A stretch of DNA of 64,000 nt, from NCBI GenBank assembly GCA_035524495.1, contig DATKOR010000045.1, positions 2,862 through 66,861 on the forward strand, read 5' to 3'. This DNA comes from Steroidobacteraceae bacterium. GTDB taxonomy: Bacteria > Pseudomonadota > Gammaproteobacteria > Steroidobacterales > Steroidobacteraceae. A model generated the notes under the pieces. That model saw only the letters and a list, made by a program, of their open reading frames with translations, had not been told where the DNA came from and ran no database searches. The position numbers were made by a program, and so were the translations under genes. Below, piece after piece: positions 1 through 8,812 of the stretch (its first letter is position 1; every line of letters begins with the position of its first letter).

Positions 1-21
1 GGCGGCTCCCGGAGGATCTAC

Positions 22-996
22 ATGCGCACCGTCGTCGCCCTCGGAGCCCTGGCACTGTCGCTGATTGCAGTCAGTTCGGCGCGCGCCGACTGGATGCACC
101 GTGAAGAATCGATCATGGGCACGCGCATCTACGTCGAGCTGTGGCACGACGACCGCATCCAGGGCGACGCCGCCATCGATGCCGTCATGGACAACATGCG
201 GCGCATCGACGAGCTGATGAGCCACTACAAGCCCGAAAGTCAGTTGTCGCAGATCAACATGCACGCCGCGGTCGAGCCGGTTGCGGTGGATCCAGAGCTC
301 TTCGACCTCATCAAGACGTCGATTCACTACTCCGAGATCACCGAGGGCGCGTTTGATATCACGTACGCGAGCGTCGGCTACCTGTACGACTACCCGCGGC
401 ACGTGCACCCCACCGATGCCGAGATCAAGGCAGCGCTGCCCGGCATCAATTACCGCAACCTCATTCTCGACGCCGAGCACCATACGGTGCGCTTCGCCCG
501 CGAGGGCATGCGCATCGACCTCGGCGGCATCGCCAAAGGCTACGCGTGCGACCAGGCGATAGAGATCGTCAAGCGCTTCGGCGTCAAGAACGCGATGGTG
601 ATGGCGGGCGGCGATACCCGGCTGCTCGGCGACCGCCGCGGCCGGCCGTGGATGGTCGGCATCCGCAATCCCGACAACAAGAACAAGGTTGTGCTCAGCA
701 TGCCGCTGTCGGACGTCGGCATCTCAACATCGGGTGATTACGAGCGCTACTTTGACGAGGGCGGGGTCCGCTATCACCACATCATCGACCCGAAGACCGG
801 CAAGAGCCCGACGGGCGTGCGCAGCGTGACGATCATCGGGCCGACCGCGACCGACACCGAAGGCTGGTCGAAAGGCGTGTTCATCAAGGGTCCGGCGGAG
901 GGCATCCGCCTGATCGAGCAATACCCGCAGATGGATGCCGTCGTCGTCGACAAGGACGGCAAGGTCTGGTACTCGAAGGGCCTCGCGCCGCCGTAA
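22..996 (+). CDS. apbE: FAD:protein FMN transferase (ApbE family), periplasmic
   Basis: 324-aa ORF with N-terminal signal peptide (ALGALALSLIAVSSARA). ApbE-like blocks: MGT..., DLGGIAKGY, SGDYERYF, HHIIDPKTG. GGAGGA ribosome-binding site upstream of the ATG. Confidence 0.9.
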   Translation: MRTVVALGALALSLIAVSSARADWMHREESIMGTRIYVELWHDDRIQGDAAIDAVMDNMRRIDELMSHYKPESQLSQINMHAAVEPVAVDPELFDLIKTSIHYSEITEGAFDITYASVGYLYDYPRHVHPTDAEIKAALPGINYRNLILDAEHHTVRFAREGMRIDLGGIAKGYACDQAIEIVKRFGVKNAMVMAGGDTRLLGDRRGRPWMVGIRNPDNKNKVVLSMPLSDVGISTSGDYERYFDEGGVRYHHIIDPKTGKSPTGVRSVTIIGPTATDTEGWSKGVFIKGPAEGIRLIEQYPQMDAVVVDKDGKVWYSKGLAPP

Positions 997-1014
997 GTGG
1001 CGCAACCTGCGGGC

Positions 1015-2202
1015 CTAGAAGAAGATCGACAGGAAGGCCTGCACGACGTTCGCATTGTAGTGGTAGAGCGGCTCGGTTCCGGCCGGCAGTTGGCGCTGCG
1101 TCGCGTCCCGGAAGTCCTTGAACTTGTACATGATGTAGTCGTAATGCAGCGAGCCCGACGCCTTCTTCACGAGCCAGTGCTGTGACTTGAGGAAGTCGTA
1201 GGTCACCGCAGCGCCGACCGCGTTGTTGTCCTGCGCCGCCAGTTCCTTGTCGCGCGCCATGTAGTTCTGCTGGTTCGCGAACTGGAACAGATCGGAGTAG
1301 AACGACGCGGAGTTCTGCTTGTAGTACCGGTAGGTGAGGTCCGCGATCAGCCGATCGTTCAGGAAGGGCTCGGTGTAGTCGACCTCGACCGTGTGCGCGT
1401 GGATGTCCCAGGTGTCGAAGAAGTAGCGGTACTTGCCGGTCACCGAGGCGTGCCAGGGCAGGAAGTACTTCAGGCGGCCGGCGACCGCGTTGCTGGTGCG
1501 CGTGCCCGGATAGACCTCGGGACCGGTCAGGTAGATCGCCGACCCGGGCCCGGCGAGGTAGCGGATCGCGCGGTAAGGGTTCTGAAGGTAACCCTGCTCG
1601 GTGATTGCCTCGTAGTCGAAGCCCGAGATCAGGTTGCGCGTCAGGATCTGCGAGACGCCGAGCGACCAGGTCTTGCGGTCGACGCGCTTGCGGAAGTTGG
1701 GGTCCTTCTGGTGCGCGGCGTTGATGACCCGCGTCACGATGTCCCAGCCGCGGCTCGCGCCGATCGATATCGTCGTCAGGTCGCCGAACATGCTCTGCGA
1801 GATGCCGAAGCTCGCGGTGCTCGAATCGTAGTCGTTCTCGATGCTGCTCTGGACGCCGGCGCTATAGGTCGTCTTGCCGTACAGGTAGTCGACACCGAGC
1901 TGCTTTTGCTTGCGCACCTCGTGCAGCGGGCTCGCCCCGAGCACGATCATGTCGATCGACGCCCCGGTAACCTGGTCAACTTGGTAGCCGGCGGTGACCG
2001 AGATGTTGTCGGAGAAGTTCTTGCGCACGAGCACGGCTGGGCCCTGTGCCTTCAGGCCGCCGCCGTCGTACACCCGCCAGCTGGCGTCGGCGCGCTCCTC
2101 TGGCAGCACGTCGGCCACGGCGCTCGCGGCGACCAGGCACGCGAGCGCCGCCGCGCACAGCGGACGGCGCAGGGGACGCGGCTTGGACACGATCCGATCC
2201 AT
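1015..2202 (-). CDS. DUF3570-family outer-membrane beta-barrel protein, predicted ApbE flavinylation substrate
   Basis: 395 aa with signal peptide and alternating beta-strand pattern. C-terminal aromatic residue (…AFLSIFF). Contains D-Q-V-T-G-A-S (nt 1957-1977), matching the ApbE target motif. Sits beside apbE, DUF4266 and a thioredoxin, as is typical for DUF3570 loci. Confidence 0.8.
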   Translation of the reverse strand: MDRIVSKPRPLRRPLCAAALACLVAASAVADVLPEERADASWRVYDGGGLKAQGPAVLVRKNFSDNISVTAGYQVDQVTGASIDMIVLGASPLHEVRKQKQLGVDYLYGKTTYSAGVQSSIENDYDSSTASFGISQSMFGDLTTISIGASRGWDIVTRVINAAHQKDPNFRKRVDRKTWSLGVSQILTRNLISGFDYEAITEQGYLQNPYRAIRYLAGPGSAIYLTGPEVYPGTRTSNAVAGRLKYFLPWHASVTGKYRYFFDTWDIHAHTVEVDYTEPFLNDRLIADLTYRYYKQNSASFYSDLFQFANQQNYMARDKELAAQDNNAVGAAVTYDFLKSQHWLVKKASGSLHYDYIMYKFKDFRDATQRQLPAGTEPLYHYNANVVQAFLSIFF

Positions 2203-2210
2203 GCGCGTCT

Positions 2211-2438
2211 TCAGTTGCAGCCGCAGCCGCCGCCGGCCTCGCCGGTGCCGCCCCGCGCGCCTTCGCGGTTCTCGCGCACGTGCGTGATGTAGGAGGTCGC
2301 GATCGCATCGCGATCCCAGGCCATCACGCGATCCGCGAGCCGCTCGCGCTCATACGGCTTGACCCACGGCTGGATCTGGCCGCAGGCCGAGGTCAGCGCC
2401 ACGCATCCGAGCAGGACGAGCATGCCGAGCCTGTTCAT
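2211..2438 (-). CDS. DUF4266-like small lipoprotein
   Basis: Internal ATG of track ORF 2211..2762 gives 75 aa: MNRLGMLVLLGCVALTSAC (lipobox) … GGCGCN C-terminus. The longer N-terminal extension overlaps the upstream thioredoxin gene and is Arg/Gly-rich. Confidence 0.75.
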   Translation of the reverse strand: MNRLGMLVLLGCVALTSACGQIQPWVKPYERERLADRVMAWDRDAIATSYITHVRENREGARGGTGEAGGGCGCN

Positions 2439-2440
2439 GG

Positions 2441-2950
2441 CTACTTCTCCATCAGCATCGCGCGCACCTGGTTCAGGTACTCGTTCTCGTCGCCCGGCAC
2501 ATAGCTGCGGTGCACCCAGCGCAACGTGCCCTTGCGATCGATCAGCACGGTCGTCGGCATGCCGGAGACGTGGTACAGCTTGCTGACCGCGCTGTCCTTG
2601 TCGAACACGATCGGGAAGGTCACCGGCGTCTTGGCGATGAACCCTTCGGCGTCCTTGGCCTCCGGCTCGACGTTGACGCCGACCAGCGTGAAGCCGGCGC
2701 CCTTGTACTTCTTGTAGATCTGGTCGAGCAGCGGGAATTCCTTGCGGCACGGCTCGCACCACGAGGCCCAGAAGTTGACCATGACGACCTGGCCGCGCAG
2801 CTTCTCGAGGCCGAGCGGGGCGCTGCCGCCGCGCAACGGCAGCGAGAACGCGGGTGCCGGCTGCCCGATCGGGTCGGCGGCGGTTGCCGTCGAGGACACG
2901 CTCGCGGCGGCGGCGAGTGCAAGCGCGGGAAGAAGTGTCTTGATCCTCAT
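2441..2950 (-). CDS. TlpA/ResA-like periplasmic thiol:disulfide oxidoreductase
   Basis: 169 aa with signal peptide. Thioredoxin active site WASWCEPC. GMPTTVLIDRKG block typical of the TlpA/redoxin family. Confidence 0.9.
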   Translation of the reverse strand: MRIKTLLPALALAAAASVSSTATAADPIGQPAPAFSLPLRGGSAPLGLEKLRGQVVMVNFWASWCEPCRKEFPLLDQIYKKYKGAGFTLVGVNVEPEAKDAEGFIAKTPVTFPIVFDKDSAVSKLYHVSGMPTTVLIDRKGTLRWVHRSYVPGDENEYLNQVRAMLMEK

Positions 2951-2975
2951 GAATGGTCTCCGTGCTATTGCCTGT

Positions 2976-3665
2976 TCAGAAGAACACCGTTACGCCGAGG
3001 CCGGTCTCGAGGTTGTGGGTGGTCTTGGTCGAGCCGAGCAGGTCCATGTCGAAGATGCTGTCGCGTATATCGAAGTGCGCGGCCAGCCAGTCGTTGAGCA
3101 GCAGTCGGTAGCCGGCGCCGACGGCCACCGTGAAGCGGTTGTCGCCGGCGAAGTGGGTCGCGCCGACGCCGCCGACCACGTACAGCGCCGAGTTGAACGC
3201 GCGCCGGTTGCCGACGAAGACCTCGCCCGGGAACAGGTTGTACCCGAAGTCGAGGCTGTAATATGTGAGCCTGCGCTGACTATCGGTCAGCAGCTGTGCG
3301 CCGCCCGAGAGGCGCTCGTAGCTGGTGCGCCCCACGGTGGTGCGGCCGATCAGCGTCTGCGCGAAGAAGTCCTCGCTGATGTGATAGACGAGTCGCGCGC
3401 CCATCACCGGGTTGACCTCGAAATCCTCGGCGCTGTAGGTGCCGATGTAGGGCCCGATCTCGAAGTTCGAATTCTTGATCTTCGGGGTCTTGACCTTGCG
3501 GCGCACGACCTCCGGCTCGACGACCGCCGGAGCCGCGCCCTCGGCCGAGGTCGCCTCGACCGGCAGCTCCTCGGGGCGCTGCTTCTTGTGGAACGGCCAC
3601 ATCGAGCAGCCACCCAGCGCGAGCGCGCAGGCAATCAGAAAAAGAACGCGAAGCCTGCTTTCCAT
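2976..3665 (-). CDS. Small outer-membrane beta-barrel lipoprotein
   Basis: Trimmed to MESRLRVLFLIACALALGGC (lipobox). 229 aa with alternating hydrophobic strands and terminal …GLGVTVFF. The upstream 128 aa of the track ORF are Arg/Pro-rich shadow. Confidence 0.75.
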   Translation of the reverse strand: MESRLRVLFLIACALALGGCSMWPFHKKQRPEELPVEATSAEGAAPAVVEPEVVRRKVKTPKIKNSNFEIGPYIGTYSAEDFEVNPVMGARLVYHISEDFFAQTLIGRTTVGRTSYERLSGGAQLLTDSQRRLTYYSLDFGYNLFPGEVFVGNRRAFNSALYVVGGVGATHFAGDNRFTVAVGAGYRLLLNDWLAAHFDIRDSIFDMDLLGSTKTTHNLETGLGVTVFF

Positions 3666-4408
3666 TCGTTCCGATCCTCGTTTTGGTCGCGCTTCGTGAA
3701 CAGCACGTAGCTGCGGTAGTCGCCGCGCAGGATGAAGCGCCGGGACAGGTACCACTTGACGCCCAGGCCGTAGTAAGCGATCTGTTCGGTTCTCTCGGGC
3801 GGCGAGATGATCGTCGCCTTCGGCTGGATCCGGACGACGCCGGTGCCGAGGTCCAGGAACGGCGCGACGCGCCAGTCCGGCCGCGGCGAATGCGCAAGGC
3901 CGAGCAGCGCGATCAGGCCGTTCGAGGCGTGCCCGATCGTCTGCGCCACCTGCAGCTCGGTTGCGAGGTTCGCGTTCAGCGAATAGCCGACGTACAGGCT
4001 GTTGACGTTGCCGCCGCCGAAGTTTCCGGTCTGCGCGCCGGCCTCCCAAGGCCAGACGTCGAAGTCGCGGTGCGACAGGTCCTCGAGCGGCAGCTTCTCG
4101 CCGCTCGCGAGCAGCGTCTCGCGCATGTTGTCGCGGAACGCCCAGCCTTCGTGGTCGTACTCGTCGCGGACCTTGAACCAGTCGGTGCGACGGAACAGGA
4201 TCTCGACGCGCTCGCCGCGCGGAATCACTCTGAACACCGGGTAGCCGCCGCCGGGGCCCGTGTGCAGCTCGAGGTACGGATCCGCGACCGCGACTTCCGC
4301 GTAGCGGCCGGCATCGCGGTCGAATTGCCGCGCCGCGTCCCCCGAGTGTGCGAGTCCCGCTGCCGTGGCCAGAATAAGTAAGGTCGCGAGCTTCAGGACT
4401 TTACGCAT
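3635..4408 (-). CDS. Secreted SH3-like domain + outer-membrane beta-barrel protein
   Basis: 257 aa with signal peptide (ATLLILATAAGLAHS). N-terminal bacterial-SH3-like segment (YPVFRVIPRGERVEILFRRTDWFKVRD). C-terminal barrel ending …KAGFAFFF. Its 3' end overlaps the next gene start by 31 nt. Confidence 0.75.
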   Translation of the reverse strand: MRKVLKLATLLILATAAGLAHSGDAARQFDRDAGRYAEVAVADPYLELHTGPGGGYPVFRVIPRGERVEILFRRTDWFKVRDEYDHEGWAFRDNMRETLLASGEKLPLEDLSHRDFDVWPWEAGAQTGNFGGGNVNSLYVGYSLNANLATELQVAQTIGHASNGLIALLGLAHSPRPDWRVAPFLDLGTGVVRIQPKATIISPPERTEQIAYYGLGVKWYLSRRFILRGDYRSYVLFTKRDQNEDRNEWKAGFAFFF

Positions 4409-4412
4409 TCGC

Positions 4413-7235
4413 TCAGTTGGCCGGTGGTGGGATCGCGAACGGATCGTTGTAGTACTGACCGCCGATGTCGAGCCACTCGGAGATCAGCTTCAGCTCGGCC
4501 CCGGTCAGCCAGCCGGCGTGCGTACCGCCAGTGGCGAACTCATTGAAGAAGGCCGCCGAAGCATTCGCTCCCGCGCCGCTCATTGGCGGAGTGACCTGCA
4601 CGATGACCTGCGTGGGCAGGCCCGTCACCGGGTCCGGCGGTCCGGGCACGACGACGGGCTGCATAGTAACAGGGTCGAGCTCGGGGTGCGGGAACAGCAG
4701 CTGGCAGAACGAGGTGAACTCGTTCTGGTCGCAGGGGTTGGTCTGGGCCGGGCTGCTTGAGAGGTCGAGCTGACCCGCCGACACGCGCTTGACTCCGGCC
4801 GTGTCCAGCGGGCTGTGGCAGCCGGTGCAGGTCGTGTACGGCATCGTCGTGTTGGGATCGACGGCCGTGATCGTCGACCGCGGGCTGGTCCACAGCGGCG
4901 CGATGTGCAGCGGGTAGTGGATCGTGATGCGGCAGTTGTTCTGCCAGTTCGTCTCGCAGTCGGCCCGGACCGGTGCCGGCGTGCCGAGCTGCGCGTACGT
5001 CCAGGAGAACGAGGGGTCGGGCGTGCCGACACCGGTCGTCGTCCAGACGTCGGTGAACACGATGTCGACCGCCGGGTCGCTGGCGCAGGCCGCATCGACG
5101 CACGTCACCTGCATCGCGGCCCGGTAGTCGGCCATCGTCTCGCCGGCATTGGGCTGGCGCGGCGGGGGGACGATGTTGCCGGTGCGGTCGGTGACCTGCA
5201 GCGCCGTGTTCGGGAAGGCCTGGCCGGACACCGGGGCGCCGGTGTTCACGAGCGGGAACAGGCCGACCCGTCCGTGCGAGTTCGACGGCGGCATCTGCTG
5301 TTGCACGTGGCAGCCGTTGCAGACGACGGTCTCGCCGGTGCGGATCTGCATCCACGCGCGGTGGCGAGGGAACGTCCCGTCGAGCCGCCGGCCGTTGGCG
5401 TCGAGCAGGCTGATCTGGAAGGCGATGTTGGCCGGCACCTTGATGCGCACCGAGCCGTCCGGCTCGACCGGCGCGTAGCCGATGATCTCGCGCATGAAGC
5501 CGCCGGCTACGCCGAAGGCATAGTTCGGGAAGTTGTTGTTCGACAGCACTTCCTTGTCGGGCAGGCTGACCGCCTTCTCGACGCGCACGAAGCGCGGCCG
5601 GGTCGCGCTCGGCTGGCGCAGCGCCGGGTCGCGGACGGTCGCGATGCCCCCCGGAGCCGTATCGACGCCGTCGAAGTCGTAGACACTCTTTATATCCAGG
5701 ATGCCGACACCCTCGGCCGCCAGGGCGAAGGTGTAGGAGCCGGTGGTGCTCGGCTGGGCGTCCGGGATCACGGTCGGCGTCGGCAGCCGGGGCTGCAGCG
5801 CGACGACGTCGGTGAACATCATGCCCTCGACCGGCGTCACGATCGGCATCTGCGTGTTGTTGGCCGGATCGTAGATCCAGATGCTGTAGATCGTAGGTGC
5901 CGGCGTCACGCCGGTGATCGCGAGATTCTGCGAGGTGCACGGCACGACCAGCGTCTGGTTGAGCAGCCGGCACTGGCTCCAGCTGACGAGCAGCCGGTTG
6001 GTGCCGTCCCACAGCGGGAACACACTCGAGAAGCGGCCGCCGGGTGAGGGCGGCGCGACCGGCGGCGTCGCGTTGGGATCGGCGGCCGTGGTCACGACGT
6101 CGTTGACAACCATGCGCACCTGGCCGGTCGCGCCGGCCGCGACGGTCGCACCCAGGACCGTCTGCAGGTTCTCGACGAAGTTGGCCTGGTCAACGAGCGC
6201 GATGTCGCCGCCGAACTCGGTGCCCTGGAACGGCAGCAGGAGCGCAACGATCTTGCCGTCCGGACGGGAGCGCGCCTGGGTGAACTGCACCAGCGAGCCG
6301 CCCTGTGCGGTCGTCGGGTTGCCGGTGTCGTGGCTGTTGCGCCCGTACAGCAACTGCATGTCGCCGCCGTCCGGGTCGATCGCGTACAGGTGCATGCCGG
6401 CACCCGAGTTCTGGTCCCAGCGCGTGAACACGACGCGACCGTCGTTGAGCACCGACGGGTCGAGGTCGTGTCCGGTGTTGAACGAGACTTGGTGGATGCC
6501 GGTGCCGTCCGCGTTCATCACGTGGACGACGAACGCCGGCAGGTTGCGGTTGCCCTCGATGCCGGCCGCGAACTGCTGCTTGCCCTCGTCGATCAGCACC
6601 GCCTTGGCGTCGTGCTGGCGCGTCGAGGAGAACACGATGCGCCCGTCCGGCAGGTAGTGCGGACCGACGTCGTGACCGAGCGCCGCGGCGATCGGGTCGC
6701 TGATGACCTGGCGTACCGTGCCCTTGGTCGCGTCGTATTCGAAGATCGTCCAGCGCGGCTGCTGCGACTCCTTGGCGTTCTTAATCGTGTGGCAGCGGAA
6801 CGAGAAGATCAGCTTGGTGCCGTCGAAGGACGAGTCGAGATCGCGCACGTCGTGATCGGGGCCGGAGTTCCGGTTCGGATCCGAGGCCAGCGGGCAGGCA
6901 ATCGAGGAGGTGATGTTCTTCTCGTTCGCCGTCGGGCTCGCGCGCTCGCGCACCCACACGTCGGCCGGCCCGTTCCAGACGCGCTGCACGCGCAGGTCGT
7001 CCTCGAGCGTGATCGCGTTCGGGTCGGTGGGGTCGGGCAACGTCCGCTTGATGTAGGCGATCGCGAAGTCGGGCGATACCGGGTCGTTCGACGAGGTGCC
7101 GCTGCCCAGACCGATGCCGCTGTTGCTGCTGGCGGTGCCGTCGCTGCTCGAGCAGGCGGCGGCGAGCGCCGCGAGCAACGTCACAACGAGCAAGCGCTGT
7201 ACGCGGCTCAGCAGTGTTGCGTTCACAGTGTCCAT
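4413..7235 (-). CDS. Large lipoprotein: TolB/PD40-like beta-propeller with two c-type heme-binding (CxxCH) motifs
   Basis: Trimmed to MDTVNATLLSRVQRLLVVTLLAALAAAC (lipobox), 940 aa. PD40-like repeats: HYLPDGRIVFSSTR, LNDGRVVFTRWD, RPDGKIVALL. CNGCH at nt 5307-5321 and CTGCH at nt 4815-4829. The overall architecture is reminiscent of proteins carrying the hydrazine-synthase-alpha middle domain (inference). Confidence 0.8.
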   Translation of the reverse strand: MDTVNATLLSRVQRLLVVTLLAALAAACSSSDGTASSNSGIGLGSGTSSNDPVSPDFAIAYIKRTLPDPTDPNAITLEDDLRVQRVWNGPADVWVRERASPTANEKNITSSIACPLASDPNRNSGPDHDVRDLDSSFDGTKLIFSFRCHTIKNAKESQQPRWTIFEYDATKGTVRQVISDPIAAALGHDVGPHYLPDGRIVFSSTRQHDAKAVLIDEGKQQFAAGIEGNRNLPAFVVHVMNADGTGIHQVSFNTGHDLDPSVLNDGRVVFTRWDQNSGAGMHLYAIDPDGGDMQLLYGRNSHDTGNPTTAQGGSLVQFTQARSRPDGKIVALLLPFQGTEFGGDIALVDQANFVENLQTVLGATVAAGATGQVRMVVNDVVTTAADPNATPPVAPPSPGGRFSSVFPLWDGTNRLLVSWSQCRLLNQTLVVPCTSQNLAITGVTPAPTIYSIWIYDPANNTQMPIVTPVEGMMFTDVVALQPRLPTPTVIPDAQPSTTGSYTFALAAEGVGILDIKSVYDFDGVDTAPGGIATVRDPALRQPSATRPRFVRVEKAVSLPDKEVLSNNNFPNYAFGVAGGFMREIIGYAPVEPDGSVRIKVPANIAFQISLLDANGRRLDGTFPRHRAWMQIRTGETVVCNGCHVQQQMPPSNSHGRVGLFPLVNTGAPVSGQAFPNTALQVTDRTGNIVPPPRQPNAGETMADYRAAMQVTCVDAACASDPAVDIVFTDVWTTTGVGTPDPSFSWTYAQLGTPAPVRADCETNWQNNCRITIHYPLHIAPLWTSPRSTITAVDPNTTMPYTTCTGCHSPLDTAGVKRVSAGQLDLSSSPAQTNPCDQNEFTSFCQLLFPHPELDPVTMQPVVVPGPPDPVTGLPTQVIVQVTPPMSGAGANASAAFFNEFATGGTHAGWLTGAELKLISEWLDIGGQYYNDPFAIPPPAN

Positions 7236-7578
7236 CCCAGTCCTCGCTTCGGTCGCGCCGCACGCGCCGCGCGTGTGACGCGCGACACGAGAGAAGCGGA
7301 CCGCATCATGTCTTTCGCCAGCAGTGCATTCTGTTAACACGCTCACAGCCTCAGCCAAGTCATTTCACGTATTCATGCTTCGCGCAAAAGGGAGTCGCCA
7401 GCAACGCGAGACTAACCTGCCAAGCACTCTGCTCGTAATGTCGCAGCGCTGCGACTTCGGCGTGGTCTGGGAGGCCTGTCACAACTACGCCAATGTCGCT
7501 CCCCTGAGACATTACGGCTGCGAATGGCTCTCGATATAGTCGCGGCGAGTCTCAATTTTTGTCCGCGAGTGAATCGCC

Positions 7579-8799
7579 ATGAAAGCAGCGATGCAGGTTA
7601 GGCAGATCAACGCAGCCGCTCCGCAGCGAGCTCTCGGCGCCGCGATCGTCGCGTCGGCGCTCGTGATGCTCTCGGCACTCGCGGCGCCGGCCCTCGCCGG
7701 GTCGCGCGAGCAGGCGATGCGCATGCACGACCGCCTGAACGGTTCGCCACCGACGCAGGCCGTGCTCGACTCGATGCAGGCGCAGATCGACGGCGGCAAC
7801 GCCAAGGGTGCCGCGCTGCTCGCGATCGACGACCCGAACGGCAACTTCTACTCGGTCGTGCTGAAGAACTTCGCGATGCCGTGGACGAACCGCGACCAGA
7901 CCGCGTTCGCCCCGCTCAACGACTACGTCGCGACCGTCGTCGGCATGGTGCGCGACGAGGTGCCGTTCAACACGCTGCTGTCGGCCGACCTTATCTATGT
8001 GGGCAAGAGCGGGCTCGGACTGCCGGCCTACTCGAACACCGACAACAACCACTATGTGCAGATGGAGGCGCAGGCGCTGAATCTGCGCGACGTGCTGGTG
8101 GCGGCGCCGCAATCGGCGACGACCGGACTTCCGGCGGCAGCAACCGCCGGCGTGATCACGACCCGCGCCGCGGCTCGTGCCTTCTTCATCCTCGGCACCA
8201 ACCGCGCGATGTTCCGCTTCACGATGATCAATCACATGTGCACGGACCTGCAGCTCGTGATGGACATCACGCGTCCGACCGACCGCATCCGCCAGGACGT
8301 CAGCCGCAGCCCGGGCGGCGACAGCCGCGTGTTCCTGAACAACTGCGTCGGTTGCCACTCCGGCATGGACCCGATGGTGCAGGCGTTCGCCTTCTACGAC
8401 TACGTCGATAATACGACGACCGACAACGGCTCGCTGCAGTACACGCCGGGCACGGTCGTCGGCAAGTACTTCCACAACAACACGACGTTCGCCCCGGGCT
8501 ACATCACGCCCGACGATCACTGGGACAACCGCTGGCGGACGGGACAGAACTCGCTGATGGGCTGGGACTCGACGCAGCCCGGCTCCGGCAACGGCGCGAA
8601 GTCACTCGGGGCCGAGATCGGCGCCAGCGGCCAGTTTGCGCAGTGCCAGGTGACGAAAGTGTTTCAGGCGGTGTGCCTGCGCGCGCCTTCGGACGCGGCA
8701 GACCGCTCGCAGGTGGCCACGATGGTCGCGGACTTCAAGCAGGGCTACTCCTTGAAGAACGCGTTCGCTGAGGCCGCTGTGTACTGCATGGGCAATTGA
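7579..8799 (+). CDS. Secreted DUF1588-like protein with CxxCH motif
   Basis: 406 aa with signal peptide (…LSALAAPALAGS). CVGCHSGMDPM (nt 8344-8358 for CVGCH) matches the C-x-x-C-H-x-x-x-D-P signature I associate with DUF1588/PSD-type planctomycete domains. Confidence 0.75.
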   Translation: MKAAMQVRQINAAAPQRALGAAIVASALVMLSALAAPALAGSREQAMRMHDRLNGSPPTQAVLDSMQAQIDGGNAKGAALLAIDDPNGNFYSVVLKNFAMPWTNRDQTAFAPLNDYVATVVGMVRDEVPFNTLLSADLIYVGKSGLGLPAYSNTDNNHYVQMEAQALNLRDVLVAAPQSATTGLPAAATAGVITTRAAARAFFILGTNRAMFRFTMINHMCTDLQLVMDITRPTDRIRQDVSRSPGGDSRVFLNNCVGCHSGMDPMVQAFAFYDYVDNTTTDNGSLQYTPGTVVGKYFHNNTTFAPGYITPDDHWDNRWRTGQNSLMGWDSTQPGSGNGAKSLGAEIGASGQFAQCQVTKVFQAVCLRAPSDAADRSQVATMVADFKQGYSLKNAFAEAAVYCMGN

Positions 8800-8812
8800 G
8801 GGAGTATCGACC

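Noticed and set aside
2976-4049. N-terminal extensions of track ORFs: 2976-4049, 2211-2762, 12524-14416, 15394-18033, 25082-26452, 26017-27702, 26772-27992, 31061-31801, 48885-50801 and 55046-56449.
   Set aside because: The extensions overlap the upstream genes and are Arg/Pro-rich. Internal ATG/GTG starts give proper signal peptides or conserved N-termini, often with start/stop overlap to the upstream gene, so I trimmed them.
7512-7540. Possible promoter TTACGG-17 nt-TATAGT upstream of the DUF1588-like gene.
   Set aside because: The -10 is reasonable, but the -35 matches consensus at only 2 of 6 positions. I left it out of the feature list as too weak without TSS data.
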